Part shown: one piece after another, positions 12,977 to 21,287 of the stretch
How the letters are laid out: every line of letters begins with the position of its first letter
How positions within the stretch are numbered: the stretch's first letter is position 1
Origin: an uncultured Bacteroidota bacterium
GTDB lineage: Bacteria > Bacteroidota > Bacteroidia > Bacteroidales > UBA10428
Assembly (NCBI GenBank): GCA_963733535.1
Contig: CAVTDR010000002.1
Location: 111,775 to 175,774, forward strand
Length of the DNA stretch: 64,000 nt
Direction of reading: 5' to 3'
Position numbers and translations under genes: made by a program
Notes under the pieces: generated by a model
The model's database searches: none
The model's input: only the letters and a program-made list of their open reading frames with translations
What the model was told of the DNA's origin: nothing

Positions 12977-12985
12977 TCAATACCT

Positions 12986-13456
12986 TTAATTTTTATTATA
13001 GGCTGCAGTTTCTGACATTTCACCAAAAGAAGAAGAACTTGAAATGAATTTATAAATCAGATTCTCTTTGTCAAATGAGTATAATTCCAATAAACCGATA
13101 TCTCCAAAATCTTGTGTTTTTACAATACTGATAATCTTAATGGTTTTGTTATCATCCATAAGGGTTACTTTCGATTTTTTAACAGATTCCATGAAGCCGG
13201 GATTGGAGCATTCGCTGCCATCAAGCTTGAATTTTTCAGTCATGGCAATTTCCTGTCCCTGGAAATCAATTTTTTTCTCAAGAATCAGGACACTGTCGTT
13301 CTGATTGATCACACACATTTTAGGTGCCATGCTGAATTGCTCACTAAGAGCGCTTTTTGCAATATTGATTGTCCAGTTTCCAGATATATTAATGATCTGA
13401 CCGGATGTAACAGCAGAAAAAGCAACTGCCAGAAAAATAAAAACGACTTTTTTCAT
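12986..13456 (-). CDS. Small secreted hypothetical protein
   Basis: 156 aa with a signal peptide and beta-rich composition. I did not recognise a family. Confidence 0.5.
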   Translation of the reverse strand: MKKVVFIFLAVAFSAVTSGQIINISGNWTINIAKSALSEQFSMAPKMCVINQNDSVLILEKKIDFQGQEIAMTEKFKLDGSECSNPGFMESVKKSKVTLMDDNKTIKIISIVKTQDFGDIGLLELYSFDKENLIYKFISSSSSFGEMSETAAYNKN

Positions 13457-13602
13457 TGATAATAAATTTTAGTTTTAGGATAGAGTATTCAACTTTACCC
13501 AAAAATAAACTAAAATATGTAATTGAGGTGTTTTTTTAGAGTGCCCAGACTCTAATAGGATGATTGATTAATATTTATTTTAATTGAAGTACTTCATATA
13601 AC

Positions 13603-13720
13603 GTCCCTACGGGACTTTGGAAACCTTGTCAATCTCATTTTCTACCAATATCCGGTTCCTATCGGAACCATCCTGATGATTCTTAAAATAATCTATGCAT
13701 CTTATAGTCCCGTAAGGGAC
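13603..13720. repeat. Three short GC hairpins immediately 5' of the intron
   Basis: GTCCCtacGGGAC (13603-13615), GGTTCCtatcGGAACC (13654-13669) and GTCCCgtaaGGGAC (13707-13720). Confidence 0.8.
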
Positions 13721-13730
13721 GAAATATAGG

Positions 13731-15673
13731 GTGTGCCGGGCATGTAGTACATCTAAAGGGTGTGGGGATAAATACCCAAGTCCTGAAAGAACCGTAATGA
13801 CCGGAATCTTATAGCCGAGAGCAAGGGTGTCCCGGGCAACTGGGAATCTGAAGGAAGCAGTAGGCGAAAATTTGTTTTGACGAACAGAAACCAGATATGA
13901 GGCCTGTCTTTCCGGGTAACTGAGCCCTGGATCAGGAAGCCCGATAGTCATTCGGAAGGAAAGAGGGGTAAATCTGGCAGAACAAATGGAAAGAGGTACT
14001 ACTTACCCCGGGAGATCTTAACGAGCTCCGGGCAACCGGATAGGATACCGGGCAACCGGTAGACAACAGACGTAAAGAAGTCAGCAGAAGGCATATTAGG
14101 TAAGGACACGAGCCAGTAGAGAGCTGGAGGACTCACGAACTACCGAAGGCCCGAATTTATTAACAAAGGAAAGCTTCAAAGATGCGTAAAAGTAAGGGGC
14201 AGAAAAACGAAGCAAACCAGCAGCTAAAATTGTTCAGCTGGCGAGCAGGAGAACTAACCGAGACCACATCCGGCGGAACCGGAAACAGGACTATGGATAG
14301 AGCGGAATTACTTTCGATATTGGAGAGACAGCGAACCTTAACCGAAAACCTAATAGAAAGGATAGTAGATCATGGCAACCTGATGAGAGCGTACAAACAA
14401 GTGGCGAAGAACGCTGGTAGCAGTGGAATAGACGAGATGGAAGTGAATGAACTGCGACAATGGCTGGGAGGCAATATCCACAAGCTATGCGAAGAATTAC
14501 TCACAGAAAAATATGAGGTGAGTGCAGTACGCAAAGTAGAGATCCAGAAACCCGAAGGGGGCAAACGGATGTTGGGTATCCCGACAGTCAAAGACAGGCT
14601 CATTCAACAAGCCATGTATCAGGAACTGAACCGGTATTATGAGCCAATTTTCAGTGAAAGCAGCTACGGGTTTAGACCTGGAAGAAGTGCACACCAGGCA
14701 ATAGAACAAGCATCAAAGTTCATACAGGAAGGAAAGGAATGGGTAGTGGATATAGACTTGGAGAAGTTCTTCGACAAGATAAACCACGATCGGCTAATGC
14801 AACGACTAAGCAAAGGCGTAGGAGATAAGAAACTTCTAAGGCTAATAAATGCATTCCTTAAGGCTGGAATGATGGACGATGGTCTGATAGAGCAAAGAAC
14901 AGCCGGAACACCACAAGGAGGCCCTTTATCACCGTTACTGTCCAATATTGTATTAGACGAACTGGATAAAGAACTTGAAAATCGGGGCCACAGCTTCTGC
15001 CGCTATGCAGATGATTGCAACATATATGTTAATAGCAGGAAAGCAGGAGAAAGAGTGATGACCTCAATGACAGACTTCATCGAAAAGAAGCTAAAACTGA
15101 AAGTTAATCACGAAAAGAGTGGAGTAAGGCATTGCTCGGATGTGAAATTCTTGGGGTACACATTACTACCAAAAGGCGAGATTAGGGTAGCTGATAAATC
15201 CATAAAACGTCTGAAGGATAGGATAAGGGAAATTACTCGTAGAAATCGGGGGGTAAAACTCGAAACGGTCATCAAGGAACTTAACTTAACCATTACAGGA
15301 TGGACTAACTATTTTAGACTTGCGAATGTATGGTTATCTAACTTCAGGGACCTTGACAGCTGGATTAGAAGAAAACTGCGATGTTATAGACTGAAACAGT
15401 GTGGCAGACGCTACACCATCTTCAAGCTTCTATGCAGCCACAATATCCCCGAACGTAAAAGCTGGAATGCGGTAATGTACTCACAGGGCTGGTGGCAGAT
15501 GTCTAAGAAAATCGCCGTCAACCAAGCCATGAACCCGTTATGGTTCTCACAACAAGGTCTACAATCCATATACCTGAGATTGTCGGTTTAAGAGTTAATA
15601 GAAACCGCCGTGGTACGAAGTCGTATGCCCGGTGGTGTGGGGGGACAGCGGCGTGAGCCGCTTCCTACCCGAT
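13731..15673 (+). mobile_element. Group II intron, class-C-like (about 1.94 kb)
   Basis: 5' GTGTG at 13731, with about 450 nt of structured-looking leader before the IEP ORF. A D5-like hairpin at 15605-15635 has a CCGCCG/CGGTGG base containing CGC, a 2-nt 3' bulge and a 4-nt loop. A D6-like hairpin at about 15639-15670 has a bulged A. The intron ends ...GAT. Boundaries were inferred by eye. Confidence 0.7.
14182..15591 (+). CDS. Group II intron reverse transcriptase/maturase (no endonuclease domain)
   Basis: RT motifs including RYADDCNIY, and a maturase (X) region RRKLRCYRLKQ. There is no HNH tail. The start could instead be the Met at 14293. Confidence 0.9.
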   Translation: MRKSKGQKNEANQQLKLFSWRAGELTETTSGGTGNRTMDRAELLSILERQRTLTENLIERIVDHGNLMRAYKQVAKNAGSSGIDEMEVNELRQWLGGNIHKLCEELLTEKYEVSAVRKVEIQKPEGGKRMLGIPTVKDRLIQQAMYQELNRYYEPIFSESSYGFRPGRSAHQAIEQASKFIQEGKEWVVDIDLEKFFDKINHDRLMQRLSKGVGDKKLLRLINAFLKAGMMDDGLIEQRTAGTPQGGPLSPLLSNIVLDELDKELENRGHSFCRYADDCNIYVNSRKAGERVMTSMTDFIEKKLKLKVNHEKSGVRHCSDVKFLGYTLLPKGEIRVADKSIKRLKDRIREITRRNRGVKLETVIKELNLTITGWTNYFRLANVWLSNFRDLDSWIRRKLRCYRLKQCGRRYTIFKLLCSHNIPERKSWNAVMYSQGWWQMSKKIAVNQAMNPLWFSQQGLQSIYLRLSV

Positions 15674-15700
15674 TAGATTAATGATTCTGAATTGAATCAA

Positions 15701-15722
15701 AGTCCCGTAAGGGACGAAATAT
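15701..15722. repeat. Second copy of the 22-nt hairpin repeat AGTCCCGTAAGGGACGAAATATA
   Basis: Identical to 13706-13727. It lies 28 nt 3' of the inferred intron end and probably also terminates the minus-strand gene 15763-16515. Confidence 0.8.
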
Positions 15723-15762
15723 ACTTTTATTAATTGCTTGCTTATTCAGAATCCTTATTATG

Positions 15763-16515
15763 TTATTGTGTTCTTTTAATAAAACACTCTCCTTTACCAC
15801 ATTCTCCCGTTTCATTTGACTTTAAAACAAGGGTTATTTGATCATATTTCCCCATATTCTCAGGAACTTCTTTGGGCTTTTTTACCTGTACGATATAACC
15901 ATACATATAACCCCCTCTGGCGTATTCCGGAATTCTGATAATATTCACAACTTCTCCGTTTATCCCATTGATACGCACTTCCAATTCCTCCTTCCTAATT
16001 GCTTTTGGTGCTATGTTAATGGTGTCGTGTTGTGCCATAGCATTACTTTCTTTCTTCTTTTTATCTTCATTTCCCTGGAAGGCTAACGCTTTGGTCAGAC
16101 TCATCGGCCGGAAATAGATCATGTATGTTTCCCAGGGACCAACCTGAGGCTCGAATGCATTCACACCATATATTTCCATACGTTCGTACTGCGGATTGAT
16201 TTCCAAATCCGTTTCAGCGGGGATACTCCAGGCCCAGTATTCAAGTTTTGTTTTTCCGTAATCGGATATTTTAATGGCATATAAGCAATTATAGGACCCT
16301 TTTAAAACCTTCAATTCATAATTGCCATCTTTATCAGAAAGGGTATTATACAGATCCTCAAACTTCTTATTTTTCAATAATACCGACACACTATCAAGAG
16401 GTTGATTATTAAAATCGGTAACCCGGCCATAAATCCGGATGGAATCCTGCGCGAAAGACGTCATTATACCAAAGATCAGTAAAAGGAGGCTGAGTAACTG
16501 TTTCCTGTTGTTCAT
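15763..16515 (-). CDS. Secreted protein with carboxypeptidase-regulatory-like domain
   Basis: Signal peptide. IRIYGRVTDFNNQPLDSVSVLLKN...DKDGNYELKV is typical of CarboxypepD_reg folds. Confidence 0.55.
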   Translation of the reverse strand: MNNRKQLLSLLLLIFGIMTSFAQDSIRIYGRVTDFNNQPLDSVSVLLKNKKFEDLYNTLSDKDGNYELKVLKGSYNCLYAIKISDYGKTKLEYWAWSIPAETDLEINPQYERMEIYGVNAFEPQVGPWETYMIYFRPMSLTKALAFQGNEDKKKKESNAMAQHDTINIAPKAIRKEELEVRINGINGEVVNIIRIPEYARGGYMYGYIVQVKKPKEVPENMGKYDQITLVLKSNETGECGKGECFIKRTQ

Positions 16516-16650
16516 GTAAATTATTTAAATGGTAAGTACACCGTTATGATCCATAAGATCTCATGTACAGACGAGAACCATATAAAAAGGCTGCATTTCC
16601 TATTATTTAGGAAAATAAAGGGTACTGTTATTAATAATGAGGTGCTGTAG

Positions 16651-16669
16651 AGACGCACGGCGTGCGTCT
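16651..16669. repeat. REP-like palindrome copy
   Basis: AGACGCACGGCGTGCGTCT between two minus-strand genes. Confidence 0.8.
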
Positions 16670-16692
16670 TTCTTTTTACCCAATAACAATGA

Positions 16693-17499
16693 TTATCGAA
16701 TGGTCATGGTAAAAGCGAAATTAACGCCATACCATTGGTCTTCATTTTTCCCATACAGTCCAATGGGGGAGCTGATTACTATTAAAAAATTTTCGCCCGT
16801 TTCATAGGATATGCCAGGATGAATATCAATCATATACACATTTTTATTGGCGTCCCGATAAAAATGATTGCAATAGCCCATTCCGCAAATAAGTTGGATG
16901 TGTTCTTTTGGGTAAAAGCCAATATCCGTATTTATGAAAAGGTCGGAATGATTGTCAATTCCGGCATTGCGAAAAAGTTTTTGTCCTTGAATATCAATGT
17001 CCCAAAGAACTTTTTCGCTAAACTGGTGCGAAATAACGATCCCGCCCGCAAATGAACCAATATCATTCAAGGAATTACTTTTATCAGAATACACCCTGTT
17101 GCCCATAGGTAAATTAATACCTGCGATGAGCGAAACACCCGAATGATCCCTTGACCATATATTGAATTTTGCTCCCATGCTGGCCCAGGATACGTCGGAT
17201 GGTACTGAGATACCTATTTCTAACTTATCAGAAAAACCATACGTGCACCGTATAGCTAATTCGGAGGCCATTTCGGCACTGTCGGAAGTGGAAAATTTGT
17301 TGACCAGTTTGTTGTCCTGATCCCATTGTTTTGTGGATCTTGCAAAGCTATAGGAAGGTTCAAATTCCAAATCTTTTCCAGGAACTGTTCCTGCACAAAA
17401 GGTTCCTACTTTTGAGGCTGAAATACCCCCAACCTGAGCGTGGGTTAAATGGGTTAATGCAATGGCCCCCAATAAAATGGTCATTTTAAGAACTTTCAT
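16693..17499 (-). CDS. Outer-membrane beta-barrel protein (family uncertain)
   Basis: Signal peptide, alternating beta-strand pattern and an aromatic-rich C-terminus. Confidence 0.5.
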   Translation of the reverse strand: MKVLKMTILLGAIALTHLTHAQVGGISASKVGTFCAGTVPGKDLEFEPSYSFARSTKQWDQDNKLVNKFSTSDSAEMASELAIRCTYGFSDKLEIGISVPSDVSWASMGAKFNIWSRDHSGVSLIAGINLPMGNRVYSDKSNSLNDIGSFAGGIVISHQFSEKVLWDIDIQGQKLFRNAGIDNHSDLFINTDIGFYPKEHIQLICGMGYCNHFYRDANKNVYMIDIHPGISYETGENFLIVISSPIGLYGKNEDQWYGVNFAFTMTIR

Positions 17500-17585
17500 G
17501 ACAGTGCTATATTTAAGTGCAAATTAAAGTTTCTTCTAACCAATGCACAATACCTAGATGTAATGAATTATAAAAAATTATTTAT

Positions 17586-17922
17586 GTTTTTTAATCCCGG
17601 AGGGATTATATGTGTATAGAAAACATAATGATAGAATGATGTGCGACCCCGGCTGGGGTCGGATGTATGTCAGTTGATTATATTTCTATACTCATAAGAT
17701 GCCTCTGGCATCTGTGAACAATTCATGAATCGTTTATTGTACCAGGTACCAATACATTAAAAGATGTGATAATATTAATAAATCATACCTGTTTTTAATC
17801 CCGGAGGGATTATATGTGTATAGAAAACAAAATGATAGAATGATGTACGACCCCGGCCGGGGTCGAATATTTTCGTTCGATGATTTTCTAAACACATAAG
17901 ATGCCTCTGGCATCTGTTCGCT
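17586..17922. repeat. Two tandem copies (period about 204 bp) of a three-hairpin element
   Basis: AATCCCggaGGGATT occurs at 17593 and 17797. CGACCCCggc(t/c)GGGGTCG occurs at 17644 and 17848. AGATGCCtctGGCATCT occurs at 17697 and 17899. Confidence 0.85.
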
Positions 17923-18037
17923 ATTTCTCATACACAGTTCGATGATCAGATCTAATAATCCAAAAACATTAACTGGATCAGAAATGTTTATGAGGTTGGG
18001 GCATAAGAATTAATCACGGGAAAATATTTAATTCATT

Positions 18038-18334
18038 ATGAAAGCGTTATCGGATAATCAAGTTAAGGAATTCCTGTCGGACCATTTAAAAAATTGGTCG
18101 TTTGATGGAAATTGTATAAAAAGAGATTTTAAATTTAAATCTTTCGTAGAGGCATTTTCATTTATGACTGCCGTAGCCCTTGAAGCTGAAAAATTAAACC
18201 ATCATCCCGACTGGAGCAATGTGTATAACACGGTACATATAAATCTAAATACGCATGATGCGGATGGTATCACCCAATTGGATTTTGATCTGGCCAACAA
18301 AATTGATAAGGTACAAGATCATTATGCCAAATGA
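18038..18334 (+). CDS. 4a-hydroxytetrahydrobiopterin (pterin-4a-carbinolamine) dehydratase
   Basis: 98 aa with the ...EAEKLNHHPDWSNVYNTVHINLNTHD motif. Confidence 0.85.
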   Translation: MKALSDNQVKEFLSDHLKNWSFDGNCIKRDFKFKSFVEAFSFMTAVALEAEKLNHHPDWSNVYNTVHINLNTHDADGITQLDFDLANKIDKVQDHYAK

Positions 18335-18575
18335 TTTTCATGAAGTATAATTAAGTTCCTGTTCGCCATAGCATACGATCAACTTTCCATTCCCTTGATA
18401 TAGAAATGCAAGAAATCATTCATGGAGGCTGATGCGGGACCCCTGCAGTCGTCGGTTGGAAGGTAACTGGAATATGATCCCGGTGGCTGTGAACTATTGG
18501 TTAAAAAAAATACAATACCATTGATTCTAATTAAAGACAAAAAATATAGCTTTAAAGTTCATATAAATTTTAGCC

Positions 18576-21287
18576 ATGTTTTTATTTCCTGTTACTATAA
18601 AAAAAGTCCAAAACTGGGCTTCTAAAGGTAAATATGATCTGTTAATTGAAATCCTTGGTGACCCCAAGTGTAAAACTGACGTAAAAATCGAAACCATCAA
18701 TCTGCTTGGCAAAAAGCAAGTAGCAAAAGCCATTCCTGTTTTAATCGGCTTAATTAATGAGGTGCCTCTTAGAAAATCTTTAATTGCCTGTTATGGAAAT
18801 TTAAGGGACATCAGGATATATGATACGTTAATTAACCTGCTCCACCACAACAAAGAAAACGAGCCTGAAATTCTTAACGCTTTAGAGAATATCCATTATC
18901 CCGGAACAATACCCATCCTGTTAAAGATGGTTACCAGCGGTTCAGGAAATGATGCTATTTTTCATTCGATTGAGGTAATAGCTGACACAAATGAAAGCTA
19001 CGATGTCATACTGAAAAGTTTCAATCCGGATCAACCGACTTCTTTTTTAATCTCGCTTTGTAAAATATTGGCCGGCAATGAAAAAAAAGAAATCCAGGAC
19101 AAACTCAATGAATATATTTTTACGGAAAATGCTCTTTTAAGAAAAGAAATAGGCCTTGCAAAAAAAACTAAAAAAGAATATGAATGGGCCGACTGGCTGA
19201 AAGGTGATGCCGACGATTTCTGGCGACTGGCTGCTTCAGATAAGGACTATGTTTATGATATGCTCATGGATCAATATGAGAAAGGCAATAAGGTGTTGGG
19301 TCAATATCAGGATGTTTTTGCAAACCATATCTTATTTTTGGCTGATGCTGCATTCAGGGAAAGAGCGCTTTGCTTTATTGAAAAGCATAAACTGGTTAAG
19401 GCGGCCGCGGAACTTGTGAATCATATCCGTAATTATGATGGCCAAATTCGGCTGAGAATAGCTAAAACGCTGTCTGCTTTAGAGATTCGTGATTATAGCG
19501 ACGTGATAAAAGGAGATACACAGGATTTTATGCGTTTATTCGATCATAATCCCTTGGAAGGCGGAAATTTACTTAAGGAAATGGTGACGCGCACATTTCC
19601 GCTTACCAAGGAACAGCTACAAATCTTAGCTGAAATTATTTCCGATTTAGGGAAGTCAAATAAACCAGAAGCCGTTGATGTTTTAGTTGCCGGTGTCAAC
19701 GAGACATCATCAATAGGAGAAAAATGCTTCGACGCTATTCAGCAGGCCGGTAATGAAAAATTTGCTACCATTCTTTCTGATATGTTGATCTCTTATAAAG
19801 ACAAAACACGGATAAAAGCAGCAAAAAAGCTGGATCAGTTAGGAGATCATCGATGGGTGGATATTGTAAAGGGTGATGACAATGATATTGAACGCCTCTG
19901 TCTTGCAGGTTGTAAAACTGCAATCGACAAAGAAATTATTTGCCTTGGATTGGACAGATATAGTCGCGAAAAAGCAGCCAATATATTGTTGAAGGTATTG
20001 AAGAACAATCCCCAGGATGTTCTGAACTGGTCAGATATCGGGAAATCAATAACAACGCCTCATAAGGATGTACATGAAGACAATCATTCAGATCATGAAA
20101 GGACATCGGATTGCCATAGTGATAATGAAGGCCATTCCACACATGACGACTTGGGTTTTAGCCTGACTTTTAATAATGAACAGCTTCAATTTTTCAATGA
20201 GGTTGATTATGCTGAAAGACGCAAGAAGAATACCATTTCTGAGAAATATCTCATTGAGATGTTTGAGTCAAAGCAGGATTCTTTGCGGGATGATATGTTT
20301 GAAGATGCCAGACAGTTTTCCTCGAAAAAGTTGATTGAGGTAATAGGCAGATTGGTTGAGAAAGAGGGTAAATATTCAAAAAAGGCATTTGAATATCTGT
20401 TGCTTCATAAGGTTGCCGCTTTGCCTTATTTTATAAAATCATTGTTATCCTATAGGGATGAAGACATCATCAGGGAAATTTTAGCTGCCGGTGAGCCATC
20501 TTACAAACTTCTTATTAATTTATTATCTGAAAGCAAAAAAGTTGAATATGTAATAGAAGTGTTGGGGTTGCTTGGTAATAAGCAGGCCATTGATCATATA
20601 TTTCCTTATTTAACCTTGTGTGAAAATAAAGGGATCAGAAAGAGTGCTGCAGGTGCCATGATCAATCTGGGTGAAACGGATTGGAAAGATATAATATTTG
20701 GAGATGACAATGATTTTGAGCGACTTGTATTGAAGTGCGATGTCAGGCTGCTAAGTTGGTATAAAACCTCCTTTGCTGACATTCAATATAGTTATCTTAA
20801 AGTACTTCTTGCCAAAACTTTAGCCCGGTTGGGTGAGAAGGAATTAGCAGGAGGAGTTAGAGAGCTGTTGATATCATCAAATCATAGCGTTACGGATGTT
20901 GCCGGGGCTCTGGCCATGATTGACAGTACCGACTGGAGCAAGGTGATCCTTGGCAACGAATCGGATTTTGAACGAATTGCCGGGGTTGGTAATATGGATG
21001 CTGTTAAAGTATTGCTTGTCTTTTTAAAAGCCGCTGAACGGAAAACAAGGGCAGCTGCTGCAGAAAGCCTGATCTCTATCGCCAAGGTAAATTTTTCTGT
21101 TGTCCAGGATGAATGGAAATCTATAACAGCGACAATCGCACAAAAACATGAGGACAGCAGCAAACACGTGAGTCATTGGGCCGAAACACGGTCGGGTGAT
21201 TGCCATTCCGACTTTATTTCACATACTGATACGGGACTGGGATTGGCAATCCCAAATGATTTAGATTTGCGGGCTGATGACAAATAA
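18576..21287 (+). CDS. HEAT (PBS-lyase-type) repeat protein with two internal His/Asp/Cys-rich modules
   Basis: 903 aa with repeated R..AA..L..LG helices. Five copies of (D/T)W..(I/V).(K/F/L)G(D/N)..D(F/I).R(L/I). DCHSD occurs at 20109-20123 and 21198-21212, each within a His-rich stretch ending ..GLG/LGF. Confidence 0.7.
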   Translation: MFLFPVTIKKVQNWASKGKYDLLIEILGDPKCKTDVKIETINLLGKKQVAKAIPVLIGLINEVPLRKSLIACYGNLRDIRIYDTLINLLHHNKENEPEILNALENIHYPGTIPILLKMVTSGSGNDAIFHSIEVIADTNESYDVILKSFNPDQPTSFLISLCKILAGNEKKEIQDKLNEYIFTENALLRKEIGLAKKTKKEYEWADWLKGDADDFWRLAASDKDYVYDMLMDQYEKGNKVLGQYQDVFANHILFLADAAFRERALCFIEKHKLVKAAAELVNHIRNYDGQIRLRIAKTLSALEIRDYSDVIKGDTQDFMRLFDHNPLEGGNLLKEMVTRTFPLTKEQLQILAEIISDLGKSNKPEAVDVLVAGVNETSSIGEKCFDAIQQAGNEKFATILSDMLISYKDKTRIKAAKKLDQLGDHRWVDIVKGDDNDIERLCLAGCKTAIDKEIICLGLDRYSREKAANILLKVLKNNPQDVLNWSDIGKSITTPHKDVHEDNHSDHERTSDCHSDNEGHSTHDDLGFSLTFNNEQLQFFNEVDYAERRKKNTISEKYLIEMFESKQDSLRDDMFEDARQFSSKKLIEVIGRLVEKEGKYSKKAFEYLLLHKVAALPYFIKSLLSYRDEDIIREILAAGEPSYKLLINLLSESKKVEYVIEVLGLLGNKQAIDHIFPYLTLCENKGIRKSAAGAMINLGETDWKDIIFGDDNDFERLVLKCDVRLLSWYKTSFADIQYSYLKVLLAKTLARLGEKELAGGVRELLISSNHSVTDVAGALAMIDSTDWSKVILGNESDFERIAGVGNMDAVKVLLVFLKAAERKTRAAAAESLISIAKVNFSVVQDEWKSITATIAQKHEDSSKHVSHWAETRSGDCHSDFISHTDTGLGLAIPNDLDLRADDK

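Noticed and set aside
13607-13951. 114-aa minus-strand ORF
   Set aside because: It lies antisense to the hairpin field and domain I of the group II intron RNA, so it is a by-product of structured non-coding sequence.
14182-15591. RT considered as part of a retron, DGR or defence-RT system, given the nearby repeats
   Set aside because: It has a full maturase (X) domain and is embedded in an RNA with group II D5/D6-like hairpins and a GTGTG 5' end. I saw no template/variable repeat pair and no msr/msd-like inverted repeats.
18420-18464. 14-codon mini-ORF (MEADAGPLQSSVGR) upstream of the HEAT gene, considered as a possible RiPP precursor for the rSAM enzyme
   Set aside because: It has no Cys or His-rich core, I saw no ribosome-binding context, and it is too far from the maturase. 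The DCHSD modules inside the HEAT protein are a better candidate substrate.
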